From positions 355,557-419,556 of the forward strand of contig JAKMXF010000011.1 in the NCBI GenBank assembly GCA_024704765.1: a DNA stretch of 64,000 nucleotides. Direction: 5' to 3'. Positions within the stretch are counted from its first letter, which is position 1. Each line of letters starts with the position of its first letter. The notes beneath the pieces are model-generated. The model was not told where the DNA came from. It was given only the letters and a program-made list of their open reading frames with translations, and made no database searches. Both the position numbers and the translations under genes were made by a program. This DNA comes from Oopsacas minuta. Its lineage: Eukaryota > Animalia > Porifera. This document shows positions 11,823-25,500 of this stretch, one piece after another.

Positions 11823-14800
11823 ATGCCCAGTACCTGTTCTGCCCGGGCTGCACAAGTAAATATTACCCAGATGACAGAGTACATATATTCAGAATGCCAG
11901 AGAATCAACCTGAACTTAAACAGGCCTGGATACGCGCTCTTCACCGTGAAGATATTGATCATCTTAAAGTCGTTAATGAATGTATCAAGCGTTTCCGTAA
12001 AGATGTTGAATATTTTCATAAGGTTCCCAATGGTGACGGTACTTTCACTAGTGACCTCGTGATAAACTTAAGCAGAAAGAAGGGGTATTCTCTGTTACTT
12101 CCTCATTGTCCCTCTTATTATTCATCAACACCGACAAGCAAACATACTTGTTTGTCTAATTAATTAAAAGAGAAAGAAATGTTAAATCAAACCATTCAGC
12201 TTAGCCTAAAATCTGAGAGTGGAGCCAAACACAAATTCATCATTAGAAATTTACAGCATCTGAAAGCTAAGTTGAAGTATATTCTGTTACCAGACATTTT
12301 GTAGTATGGTATACTGACAATTCTAGTACAAGATTTATTCTTCCACGTCATGTAGAAAAACGATTTCAGTGGAATTATATCTAGAAATAAATTCATTTTT
12401 ATCTGTATCTGCCTGGTTCTATGGACAAAGTATACCTACTTCTCTTAATTCAATTAATGACATTCAACAAATTGAATCATTATTACATCAAATTTCCTCA
12501 AAATTTGTATCTGATGATCATCATACTAAATCACATTCATTTCATATTCTTCGTACCAAACAACACAGAGAGATTGTAATTGATTTAGCTAGCAAAGAAG
12601 ATAGTGAAAACTATTCTTTCTCAGTTATAGCCAAGCTTCAATTTATCCTCTGTCAATTAGATAATATTTTTATTCCAAAGAACAGGTGAAGATACAATAT
12701 AATCACTCAAGTCATGTCAATTAAGACTCATCTCATTTCTCTATGTATATCTTCAGGGTTTAGATTGTATTTCTCTACCGCATGATAAGACAATAAATAC
12801 ATTGTATTCTTCGTTTGGCATTGAAACGATTTCTCTACCTATCTCAGCCAAGCTACTTTTTCCTTCGGTTCATTGGAGGGAAATGTTATAGTTCAAATGG
12901 ATAAAATACACGTTAAATCTGATATTACTTATAAAGGAGGGAAAATCTTTGCTCCTAATTTTGACCCAGAGGACCCAACCCGAACTGTGTTCGCAGTCAT
13001 GGTATCTTGCTTACACAAGATATAGTCTTGTATTTCACGTTTATTACCATGTGGTTCTATTCCGCTGAAGAGATATTTCCCATCATCAAAGAGTGTATCA
13101 TTGATATTGAGAATTGTGATGTACGTGTACACGTAATTTCAACTGACAATTATCCTTTGAATGTACAGTAAAACCTCTGGAAGTGAACACCTCCAAAATA
13201 TGAACACTTTTTCTCGGTCTCAAATTACTCCCATTGTTTTACATAGTGGTCACCCCTTTAGAATGTGAACACCTCTGAAAAGTGAAATGTGAACACTTAA
13301 TTTGGTCCAAAATGTCTAAATACATAGGATATGACCTCTTAAAAGTGAACACCGGTTTTTCTGCCAGATTTTTAACTAGGCTGTCAGCTTTGTCACACTA
13401 GTTGTGAAAGCAGAGATGTTTGATGATGTGGCTTCACAATACACTAGAGGCTTCGTCATACAATGGGCAGAAGAGGCAACATATTTGCCTGGACAATGCC
13501 TTCATACATTTGGGCAAACATGGAGGTCCTATAAATAACTTTTTCAGAAATCTGTGGTCATTGTCAGTTGAATTGTTCCGGTCATGAAAAGTGAACATTT
13601 TTGCTGGTCCGCAGGGTGTTCACCTTTTGGACGTTTTACTGTAATTAATTTCAAACTATTTTCTCTGAGTGGCAAATTGGAAACTAGGATGCCTCACCCA
13701 ATTGATCCTACTAGATTTCTCTTCCTCACATTCGATTTTGTTCATATTATAAAAAGTATACGTAATAATTGGTTGAATCAGAAGACTTTAATAATACAAC
13801 TTATTTCCTCAAATTTGAAGATTTTAAGATTGATAAATGCCAGTACCACTTTTCTCTCCATTCAGCATATTTTCAAGATGCACGCTTTCTATACAGCTGT
13901 GACAGAGGAAGTTTAGCGAAACTGGCTCCTCAGTTACAGTGAAAGTTTGTTTTCCTTTAAGAATAGAAAGACAGAATGTCAGATTGGTTCTGATGGTTTT
14001 TAATGATCTAACACTATCCGCTCTTGAGATTCAAAATGAAAACGTTGTGAAGAATATCGTAATAATACCTCCAAGTTTGTTAGAATCCTTCTTACCCTGT
14101 GGAAAATATTCATTGTGAGTACACACTTTCAAAGGCATCCGATTAAATGACAATCTCTCAACACCCTTGATCTTACACGATGAGCGTTTCATATATTTAG
14201 CTCGCATAGTGTATTGGCTAGATGCTTGGCAGTCCTTACTTGGCAAATCGGGTAAATTGAGTAAGCAAACGTATACTAGTTTGAGACATGCTTGTATTGC
14301 TTTAGAACAGATAACAAACTCTTTAACGAGTCATGTGGATTTTCTTATGTTTTGTCTGCATTTCGGCAAATAGACCCATTGGAACATCATTTTGGACTCT
14401 ATCGTATGATGGCTGGTTCGAATTATCATATTTCCTACATTCAAATTCTTGAATCCGAGCGTCGTCTTAAGCTCTCTAACATCCTAAAAATGTTTTCTGA
14501 CCAACAAGACTCTTGTCAATCCATACATACTTTTGTCAAATCTTTTACTTCACCCTTTAGTACTTCTAGTGATGACCAAATAGATCTTGAGCCATATCTT
14601 GATGGAATTTGTGATGTATTATCAATTGAATACACTCAGCAGATACTCCAGTCGTTAGCTTTTATCGGAGGATATTCGGTCTATAAATTCTTGAAAGGGT
14701 TACAAGAGTGTAGATTGTGCACTGATACGCTAACTTACGATAAAGAATTTATTCCTGATAGTGATTCCATTTCTCAATTCAAGCTCTTGCAATTAACAGA

Positions 14801-15140
14801 TCGAGGGGAGCTCAAATATCCATCTGAGCATGTTCTTAGCTCTGTCATTACTCTCTGGAGGATTCTATTTGCTATTGAGGACAATGATCATTTGGCGAAT
14901 CTACTTGTACACGGTCCAGCTAGAAAAATATTACTTGAGCTCACATTGATATACATGGAAGGTGATGCGAGTATTGATATCTGCAAATCAAACTGTTATA
15001 TCTGTAATGTTACTAGATGGGATATCTTACGTAAACATATTTTACTATTGCTAATTGTTTTCTTGCCACACGATTAAGAACTATAATACACTTGTAACTT
15101 CTAGAGCTATAGAAAAACGTAAACTTAAAAAGTCCTTAAG
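11823..15140 (+). mobile_element. P-element/THAP9-like transposase pseudogene
   Basis: THAP domain MPSTC..PGC..FRMPE..WIRALHRE..C.K.F from ATG 11823, then VQMDKIHVKSDITYKGGKIF, STDNYPLN, FLTFDFVHIIKSIRNNWLNQK (D(2)H motif) and QIDPLEHHFGLYRMMAGSNY. Many frameshifts. TIRs not found. Confidence 0.87.
13166..13641. mobile_element. pogo/Tigger-type MITE inserted in the P transposase
   Basis: TA|CAGTAAAACCTCTGGAAGTGAACACC ... GGTGTTCACCTTTTGGACGTTTTACTG|TA. Removing it restores TDNYPLNVINFKLFS. Confidence 0.82.
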
Positions 15141-15279
15141 ATTTTGCGAAGTGTTTGTGTTATTATTGTAATTGTATGTATTTACATTTCTTATGTATGT
15201 TGATTGGGTTATTGCCCAATATCCATTAGTTTCAATGAACATCAAATAGTATTTCAATATCTTAGTTTAATACCAGCGA

Positions 15280-15610
15280 GGGATTATTAATAATAATTAA
15301 GATATCATTTTTATTAGATATTTAAGACAAAAACAGAATTCTCCAATATCAACTAATAACGCATCCCTGGTACTTTTACTGTTAGGCCTTATATTTAGTA
15401 GGCTATGGAATAGGATAAATTTTTATGTGTTTTGATTTGTGTAATAATATTATACTTAGCGATTATTTTGAGAAATCAATTAATATATTTACTAAAGATG
15501 GACAGCTGATACACAAAATTAAATGCAATAGACCTACAGGAATAGTTGTTAATAGTAACTTTGATAATATTTGTGCTAGTTTTGTTGATAATGTAATAAA
15601 TATATATTAA
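15280..15610 (+). pseudogene. C-terminal NHL-repeat (beta-propeller) gene fragment
   Basis: MCFDLCNNIILSDYFEKSINIFTKDGQLIHKIKCNRPTGIVVNSNFDNICASFVDNVINIY* resembles terminal NHL blades. Upstream sequence is disrupted. Confidence 0.5.
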
Positions 15611-17228
15611 TTATATTGTTGTGTGTATATTTTTGTTTGTAACAAAATTATCATATTTCACTCTTTATAAAATAATAATAATAGTGGTACTACATATGCA
15701 GGGCTAATATTCTTTCACTAAAATTACAAATTGAGTGACAAGTGACAAGAGTTAAATAAATCTCGTATATTATGGTAGCTAACTGATGATAGCATAACAG
15801 CCAAAGGAATTGTCATCGGTTTCTACCTGAGGGGAGGGGGGGGGCTATCGACCCCTTGGTGGTCCACGGCTATCAGCAGGGCTACACAGGATCCCAAATT
15901 TGTATCACAGTCCATGAGAGGGCATCTACAGATTGTGTTAAATGGTATAACCGGTGGAAAAGGGGTAACATAATCAAACTTGGCCAAGGAACAATAACTC
16001 AGTGAGAATGTAACTATGTATAAATACTCAGTTCCATGCATGTATAGTTATAGTACAAAATCTCTGTGAATACAAACCAACTTTAATTGCTTTCTCCTTA
16101 TCATAATAGTTAAGTTCAATCAGCTTCGATACTATATCATTCCTATATAAAGAGGTAATCCTCTCACAACCTAATCAACATATTGTCATAAAGGTTTTGT
16201 ATATATTTTGATCATAAAGCTACGGTCACGGCTAAGCAAAGATATTAAATAATATCGCTAGAGTGATTGTGGGTTATAAGGACACCCATAAGAGTAGCAT
16301 TAATCGTTCATTTAAGCGTGGGAAGTGGGTAATATACAACAAATAGGCTATTCTGATTTGACTAAATTGTTAACAATTATCGATTGTTTTCAGTAGATTT
16401 AATAAAATGTGTCATGAATTGTTTTCACTTGGAAGTGAACTTTATAATGACGATATATATATTTTATGAAAATAACATTTAGGTCATTTTCATTTTAATA
16501 TTGAAATCAAACATGCAATTTATAAAGTATCAAAGGATGGCATATATTACCAGATAAAGGTATTGGTTAAAAATTTGATTTAAATAAATGTCAAACATTT
16601 GTTTAGGTAATATGATTTGTAGCTCTGTATATAATCAATCTGCAAATACCACAATCCTGGTCACCAACTCACAAGCTACTGCTAGGCCTATGTTTACTAG
16701 GCTATTAAAAATATTTTCACACATTTTCGGATAATAATTCAAAAGGATGTTAGAGAATTCGTTTCAAAAGTATTATGTGATAATCTGGAATCTAGATTCA
16801 TATTCGGATATTTCAAATATAAATGTATAACATTATCTACACACAATTATCCCAACTCCGATTCCCGAAATCTTCGATTATAATTATCTGAACATACCCC
16901 TGGTACCAGTCCTAATCCACTATGTATACAAGACCATTATCCGATGATTTTCCGAACGCGTTAGTCAATTCAAAACACATAGTAACAAGTATCTGGTAGC
17001 GCAGCGATCAAGTCCACTCTAAGAAATGCAGAGGTTTATACTTTTGTTACGGAGCGACAATTAAATCAACAAAGAATATAATTCTAAATTATTATTAAAA
17101 ATAAATTTCATTGAGATAAACAATTGATTTAAATCAAACAATCATAAAAATCGTTGTGCAGGTGTCTCCTAAGTGGAGCGACCTAACAACCAAAGCACCT
17201 CAATATACAAAATATGTAAATGACTCAC

Positions 17229-17474
17229 TTGGTGGACTGAAATAGGATTTTTGGCCCATTGAGCGAATAGATCTTCAAGATATAAAGTATTATTCCCATT
17301 CATAAAGCTCTCTTCGTTAAGAAATTGCAGAATGGAGTCATCTTGTAAACGGCATGATGAAGAAGTGAAAAAGGAACGATTAGAAAACCTCAATAAACTG
17401 CAATCGGGGAAATATTTACGATGGAAAATGTTTCGCAGTGAGAGATGGCCATGAGTATATAACAACCTAATCAT
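17229..17474 (-). CDS. OGDH: First coding exon of mitochondrial 2-oxoglutarate dehydrogenase E1 (partial gene)
   Basis: ATG at 17474, an Arg/Ser/Leu/Phe-rich presequence, then EESFMNGNNTLYLEDLFAQWAKNPISVHQ matching the OGDH N-terminal motif (FLxGTSSNYVEEMYxAWLENPxSVHK). It ends at a phase-0 donor CAA|GTGAGT (GT at 17228-17227). Confidence 0.8.
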
Positions 17475-17916
17475 CACTATATTATAGAGAAGTAATTACT
17501 AAATCCATAGCTTAGTATAGTTTAATCGGGAAATCCGCTAAATAGGGACAAATCTACTGATACCAAATCATCTCCATTCAAGTTAATAAATACATATTTT
17601 TGGTTAATCAGGACAAAATCCGCTTAATCGGGACAACTCTGCTAATCGAGTGAAAATTAGTAACTCAATCAAGACGAAATTTTCTGGAGTTAGGAAATTC
17701 TAATAAGCTACCAGGTACATATACAAAATTTAGATCCATATATAGAATAAATTTTTGATGAATCTAGCCAAATAATTTCTCTTTCCATCAAATAGAGCCA
17801 AGGAAAGTACTAAACGATCCGAAAATGTTCAAGTTTGTACATTGGATGGGTTTGGATCAAACATAGAGAGAGTAACATGCTTGGGGGACTCTGCGACAGA
17901 AAAAATAGAATAGGGG

Positions 17917-20118
17917 GGCTACAACTATAGTATTGTACCGAAAGGTGATTCCCTTTTAATCGACACAAGGGGTTATTTTGAAGTCATAGAACTCGTCGAA
18001 TAATGAACAGGGAACTTTAGAACACTAAAATCGGACTAAATTTGACAAAGTTGTAATCATTTTACTATATAAGCCAAAGTCTATGGGGATATATTGCAAT
18101 AACTGAATGAAGCCAATTTATACGCTGTATGTTTGTTTGTATTCACTTTGCTTATACATACTACTCTCATACGTTCAGCATTTTTATGAGTTTGTATTTT
18201 ATGTTTTACAGGAGTAAAACCTTATGGATTACTGTTTGTATTATAACAAATCCGAGTACGCGTCCAGTTATTTGCCCGAAAAATGAAGTGGGGGACGCTC
18301 ATAAACCTATTAATAGGCCTGGACATTCCGCATGGGCCCCCAGCACACTCCTGATACTATACTACATTCATGACTAATCACTATATTCAAGGGAAGTACG
18401 CATATCTTAAGCATGCTGTTCCCTCTAATTTTCAGGGGAAATATGATGGGGATGTAAAAATTCCAGGGGGTACAACCCAAATCCGGTGAAATAGGCTAAA
18501 ATATTATACATTTCAGGCTAATTCCTGGTGATCAAACATTTTCAAGCGAAATTCTGGGATTTTAAGGTCTAAAAATGAGAACAACACGGGATAACTGTCA
18601 CGCTTTAACTAGTCCACCCGGACCAGTTATGTATGCTCAACTGGTCCCGATAAGTTTGTCGTGACATAATCCTGTAACTATAATTAACCGAACTATATAC
18701 TATGCAATTTTGTTGCATGCGACACATTCAGGTGAGATAGCATAATGTTGAGGGTAAGATGCGATCGAATTGGAGCTGAAATTTTAGTTTGTAATTTGAG
18801 CTAAATATTGCTGTGAATTTATATTTGAGCACGCACTCTTTCAAAATTAACCCTTAGATATGCAACATATCTATATTTACGCAACAACTACAATTATCTA
18901 GGTTTTAGTTTAAGGCTAATAAATTGGGTCTATATTCTTAACAACATATTTTGCTACATAAAAAACAACTTAATAAATAGTGGATTAACCCTTGTGAAAG
19001 TGTTCAGATTATTGAGTGGTTGGGTGTACTGTAGTGGTTACAATTCGGATTATAAGTGGGACCTAGTACACTATGACTTTATTGATGTATATATTACCAA
19101 CATTCTAAGAAAATATTTATTATGATGAAGTTTACAGATAATGATTTATATTACTGGATATAAATCTCTAATTCCTCTTAGAATAAATCCAAAAATATTT
19201 TCTGATGTCTCCTCCGCCAACAAGCCTCTATGAGATGGGTCTCAAGTAATTCAGGATTTGTTGTCTATCCTTTTTTCTGCCTCTTTTTTACACCTCCCCA
19301 ACTCCCTTCTATCTTGTGGGTGTGTACATGAGTCACTGGGTCTACGAAATTCTCGGAATGGTTAACTGTGTAATGGGTATATCCGAGTGACTTAATATAT
19401 TGTAGGAAGCCCACTCATCAGAATAAATTATTGTTTGTGGATGAATGAACCTTTGGATAATTGGCAGAAGAGTGGCTGTTGAGCGATCAGGCACAGTAAC
19501 CATAATTATATCATCTGTATCCTCTCAACCATCTCAAATACCCACTGGCCAGTTAACAGTCTGCCTCTATTATATTTTCGTTTGCCGAATTTGGATTCGT
19601 CTATCTCAACGATCTTGCCAGGACCTCCAATGGGTTGAGGGTTCATTAATATTTCTTCCAAACATATATCCCTCAAATAATTCTTCCAATCAACCACTGT
19701 GTTCGAACTTCATCACAAATGCTTCTCCATAAATGCATGCGATTGCAAGTCCTCACTCCAATAGTACAGGAACTTGAACATCAATGGGAGTGGAATTTTG
19801 GATGGTGTGAAGAAGGAACCATGGCGGATCGAACACTTTCGTCTACATGGACTACATCTCCATTCATAGCCATCCTGAAAGTGAGAAGAATGTGTTTCAT
19901 ACATTTCTACTCCACAACGACACCGCATTCGACGCGCTAATAACCCATACGTTCTTAACCAGTTTATGACATTACCACAAGACTGTGCAAGGATAATAAT
20001 GTCATCAGTAATCAAATCCTGCGGGATTTCTCTGAAGACAGTGGGCTCAAGTATTGGCTGAAAATTCATTAGTTGTAATATCAATAAGTAGAATATTATA
20101 TGTGCAACAATTACTTAT
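17917..20118 (-). mobile_element. Merlin (ISXO2/IS1016-like DDE) element A, decayed
   Basis: Fragments about 20066-19147: WLRTYGLL..MRCRCG..GYEWRCSPCRRKCSIRHGSFF, VDWKNYLRDIC, IGGPGKIVEIDESKFGKRKYNRGR, SDEWASY, VNHSENFVDP..HTQDIEGSW. The left end (about 17917-18125) is a diverged relative of the element B TIR. Confidence 0.82.
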
Positions 20119-20726
20119 GGTACAACAATAGAATTGCACCCCTCGAACTTTTCACCCGAAATGTAAAACGCACTTATTCTAGCCTGATCGTACTCGCTGA
20201 ATGATGAAGATTCCACTTTAGAACGTTCAAATTGGTGCACAATTGAAAAAGTTAGAGCTAAATTACACTACTAAGCCAAAGTCTATGGGCGAAATTGTAT
20301 TAGTCATCAAATCAATTTATACTGATACTAGTTACTATCTATAGCCATAGCAATGTGCCTACTAACACCATTGCAGAGTGACTTACATTATTGAGAATCC
20401 TGAACAGGAATGCAAACTACAAAATAACAAGCAATCATAATTATTACCATTACTTCAGAACAATGCTGTCAATTTTCAAAACGTACGAGTGCAAAATGAA
20501 GCTGACTAGTTCATGATTAGTATTTTAATTCTAATAACTTCGTTATATAATGTTGTTTGCAACACTGGAACAACTTGCAGCCTGTTAACAGGCCTACGAG
20601 AGGGTGGGGCAGTCGGGGTCAAATTCGACAGGTGTCACTATGTTCGTACATTGTGAGAATAGAGTTATCACAATGTTGCGTTAGAAAATAAAGCATTTGC
20701 TCGTAATAATTATGGTGAGAGCATAC
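20119..20726 (+). repeat. Left arm of 608-bp inverted repeat (partner 26193-26800)
   Basis: Line-by-line comparison with the reverse complement of 26193-26800 shows one mismatch, at position 9 of the arm. Confidence 0.97.
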
Positions 20727-22542
20727 ATGTTAACTTCTACAAGGAAAAACAACGGGAAATAAGTAGTATTTTAGTGGGACATAACATATTAGTATTAGTC
20801 CTATACACTGAAAAGCGGGACAATTCTCCCTTTGGAACGTTTTGGCGGGACATAACTCCCAACATATGTCCGAAAAATGGGACCTCAGCCAAAAATGGAA
20901 CAGTTGGCTAGTATGTGAGAGAGACATTGGATGTCTTTTGTTTTTTTTTGTTATTTATTAGACGTATCTCTAATAACAATCACTTTCAATTAAATTATCA
21001 CTGCATAACTTTAATAATTATGTATAGTATTGATAATTGCTGACCAAATATACTATTCAAATAAACATAGAATTGATCTGTTATAGAAAACAAGCAAACG
21101 AACGTACATGGCTTTTAATTTTCATCTTATTTTGCGGTCACTTTGAAATGTATATGTATTAAGAAATTTATATTGTGACTCTCATCCAATGCTTTATATG
21201 ATTTGCCACCAACCTTTAAATTAGAAATCTTTAGAACTTAGGGGTTGAGAAGGCATTTAATTTAATATCCTTTTTTGGAATAGCAAAATCTATAAATGTT
21301 CAGACATGGTAAATAGAAACAGGTTTGTTCAGCTTGAATTAATTACGGAAGTTTAGAATGGCTCATATGTTGTATTGTACTGAAGTAATAGCATTTTAAT
21401 TCCTCGACTAATCTCCTCAACAATATCGAAGTACTTTTCCCATCTCGGTTTGTTGTGATAATTTACACAAAAATAATATTTGTACAACATCTAGATACAG
21501 TAAAAACGGGGCTTTCTAACACTGGGTTATTCTAACTATTGGATTTTTCTAACCCTTTTCTGTTACCAATAAATTGTTAGATTAAAGCGGTTTCTACTAT
21601 TTCTATTTCCAAATTGGACACATTCCTAATTGCATTCTAAAAATCTTAACTAACATGCTCCAAAGATATCAATATGGCTTTCCATCAACCAAAAATTTCT
21701 AAAAGGTTATAGGTATGCACATCAGTAACCGTTAAACTGCATTATCGTTGTTGTGGTATTATATACAAATAAATATTTAACCAATTCCAAACATATTGTA
21801 TTGTTGCTAAGGTTATGATACTCAATATATATATACGAAAGGCAAAATGCATAAGTAATTGAGAAATGAATGCACAACTGTTACCGTATATAGTTCCTGA
21901 TATCTCAGCAAATTTGAAAATTGATGAAGTAATCCTGACGGCACAACTTGATGGCGCGACACTAACTTGGTTGAGGAAGTATGGCCTGTTGGCTAGTGTA
22001 ATGCGCTCTATTTGTGGGGAGTTGATGCGTGAAGGGCCATATCCTCGACATCCAGGCTATATCTGGAGATGTCCTGTCGCAGGTTGTAAGAAGACTTGTT
22101 CCATTCGACACGGTTCATTTTTGAGGCTTCTAATATACCCCTTCCTAAAATGCTCAAGTTTTTGTATTATTGGGCGGAAAATATACAAGTGCACATGTTC
22201 TTGGAGAAACAGTTAGACTGGAGTCCAAACACAGTTGTAGATTGGAAGAACTTCATGAGAGATGTCTGTAATGAAGATCTCATTGTTAACTCCTAACCGA
22301 TCGGAGGATCTGGTACGAATGTCGAGATAGATGAGTCCAAATTCGGAAAGGGGAACAATCGTGGGAGACTTCTAACTGGTCAATGGGTATTTGGCATGTT
22401 TGAAACAGGTACTAATAAAGCTGTCGTGGTAGTTGTGCCTGACTGTACTACTGCAACTCTGCTTCCAATAATCCAACAATATATTCTACCTGGAACTACG
22501 ATACACTCTGATGAGTGGGCTTCATATGCCATCCTACAATAC

Positions 22543-25500
22543 CAGGGGCATAAATCCAGGGGGGGACGGGGGGGACGCGTCCCCCCCACTTTTTCATCTT
22601 TGAAATTGTTTATAATACAGATATATATAATAATTCCCATTGAATATTTTAATGACAAATTTTCTCTTCCAGTTGTTTTGATTTATTGACCCCTTTATGT
22701 ACTATTAGCGTTCCATCGTTCCAGATAATAACTTCATTATCTCCTTAAAGAAACCGATTGAAACCCATGTCTCGAAACGATGCTATTTCAAAGAGGGCAA
22801 AACTGACTGGAATTAAGAGATTTTTCAAAGACATCCCGCTGGATGAGCAGACCAACGTTAGTGATGAACATAATCGTCAGCCCAGTTCTATCTCTAGTCT
22901 TTCTCTTATTCCCGAGCAGCCTGTAGTATATCCCACGTTAGAGTCTAGCACCACTGAAATAGCAGGTTCAAGTCAAAGCTGTGTGCCCTGTGCCGTCATA
23001 CTTAGCTTAGCAGAAAATGACGAACAAGATCTTCAGCTTAATTTTAACTCAAATGATTCCTGTTGTCAGCAGTCGATATCTGGTTCTAGGAACTCTTCCA
23101 TCGCAGTTTGCGTTGATGACACACCCCAACATTTGGACAGTGACGACCCTGACCCTCTGGATTTGCCTACACCTGGATCCTGTTATTTGCATGGTTCAAG
23201 TAGTTCGATATCAGTTTCGAGCATGTCTATTGCAAACAACATAACCAGTTTGGGCAAGCCAAATCAGCTAGACATATCGGTCATCCCTGTTCAACTACTA
23301 CCATCACGATCACTTCATTTCCAGAAAAACTGGTATCAAGAATATCAGTGGCTACATTACAGTTCAGGTCTGAAAAATGTTCTGTGTTTCTACTGCTCAA
23401 AAGCTAGTGCCTTAGGATTACTAGATTTAGCCAGATGTCAAGATCCAGCATTCATTCTAAATGGGTTTGACAACTGGAAGAAGGCCCATGAAAAGTTTAG
23501 GTCACATCAAATGTCACGCACACACCAACTAGCAATAAATCAGATTTCCGCAATCAAAAGGCCCGCTGTAAATGTCCAAATGAACACACTGAAACTAAAA
23601 GAACAAGAAATTTCAAGAAATTCACTTTTGAAATTATTTACTACGATAAGATATTTACTAAGACAAGGCTCTGCAATTCGTGGCCATGATGAGACTTCTG
23701 GAAATTATTTTCAGCTTTTGAAACTTAGGTCAGAAGATGATCCCGATCTAGGGATGTATCTGAAACGAACAACTAATTTTATTTCTCCTCGTGGACAAGA
23801 AGAAATGATGGAAATGTTCAGTCATTGCATTGTAAGAGAGGTGGTGAGTGACATTCAAAAGCATGGATGTTTCGCCATTATTGTTGATGGGACACAAGAT
23901 GTTAGTGGTCGAGAGCAAGAGTCCATATGTCTGAGGCACGTTAACTCCGATCTACATGTACGCGAAGATTTTGTCGGATATATGAAATTCCTACTACTAC
24001 CAGTGAATCTATTGCAGGAATGGTATTTGATGTCTTAACTCGGTTTGCATTACCATTAAGCAATCTACGCGCCCAAACGTACGATGGAGCTGCAAACATG
24101 AGTGGACATTACACTGGTTGCCAGGCAAGAGTAAGACAATGTCAGCCTTTAGCGCTCTATTTTCAGTGTGCATCGCATATTTCAAACCTCGTGATGCAAA
24201 ATGCCGTAATATCCAGTCAATTGGTTCGAAACGCCTTACAGTGGACAAATGAACTAGGCGTCCTCATGAATAGATCTGGTAAGTACAGGGCTATATTCAG
24301 AGCAATTTGCGTATCAAATGAATCCGAAAGTCTACATCCTTCTGCGATCAAACCGCTTTGCCCAACTAGGTGGTTGTGCAGACTACCAGCCATTCAATCA
24401 GCACTCGATAACTACTCTACTATTTTGCTCAGCTTAAAAGAAATGGCTGATGTTGGTGTTACGGAATCCGCAACAAAAGCAAACGGGCTTCTAGATCGTT
24501 TTCAGAAAGGCGAGACATTACTTGGATTGATGATAGCAGCTAGGCCAGTAGCACTTCTAGAGCAGTTGAATAGTGTATTGCAAGCAAAATCAGCTACTGT
24601 ATCTGGAATGCTGGAAACTGTAAAAATATCAACTGAGTCTATCCGAGCATGGTATTCAGATGAAGTGTTCCACGAAATATTTATTGCTGCAGAGGAGAAA
24701 GGTGAAACATACCAACTGGATCCACTAGAGATTCCAAGAAGACGTTGCCCTCCAAAAAGATATGCTGATCAAGTTGCACGAAATCAACCTGCCAATCCTG
24801 AAGAACATTACAAGAAGCAGTATCTTGAGTTCATCGATGCTGTAAGCAAAGGTCTATCAGACAGGTATGATCTTAGCAAATCTGGATTAGCCCAATACGT
24901 GAAGTTGGAGAACATGCTAACGTCTGGAAAAGTTAATTTAGATGTGATTTCTAAGTATCCTGAACTTGATAAATGTTCTCTACAAATGCAGTTAGAGATG
25001 TTCAAACATAACTACAAGCCAGATACGTTAAATGATGCAAAACTGTCTTATCGGAGTATGACACCTGAAGTACGCTCCTTGTTTCCACAGGTAGTTGTTC
25101 TACTGAAGTTGTTACTTGTGTGTCCTGTTTCTTCGTGCGAGTGCGAGCGCAGTTTTTCCGCTTTAAGACGTCTAAAAACTTGGCTCAGAGCTACAATGAC
25201 CCAGCCTAGATTGAATTGTGTTTCAGTTTGCCACGTACACCGTGAAAAACTTGATAAAGTTGATGTGCGTCAACTGGCAAGAATATTTATCGAGCAATCA
25301 GATAATCGTAGGAAGATTTTGGAACTTTTCACTAAATATGGTAATATTATTATAGTATATATGTAGTTTTATTCTCATTTATGAAAGTATTGTTAGTATA
25401 AACCAAATAAAAATTCCGACTCCATTGAGTGCTAAGAATATCCGTTGATCAATATTAGTCCGTTTAAGAATTAAAAAATGAAGGAATGTGCGTGCTCTCC

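Noticed and set aside
15823-16041. GC-rich patch with a poly-G run and a 72-aa ORF
   Set aside because: No recognisable protein or RNA structure, and it could not be tied to the OGDH gene.
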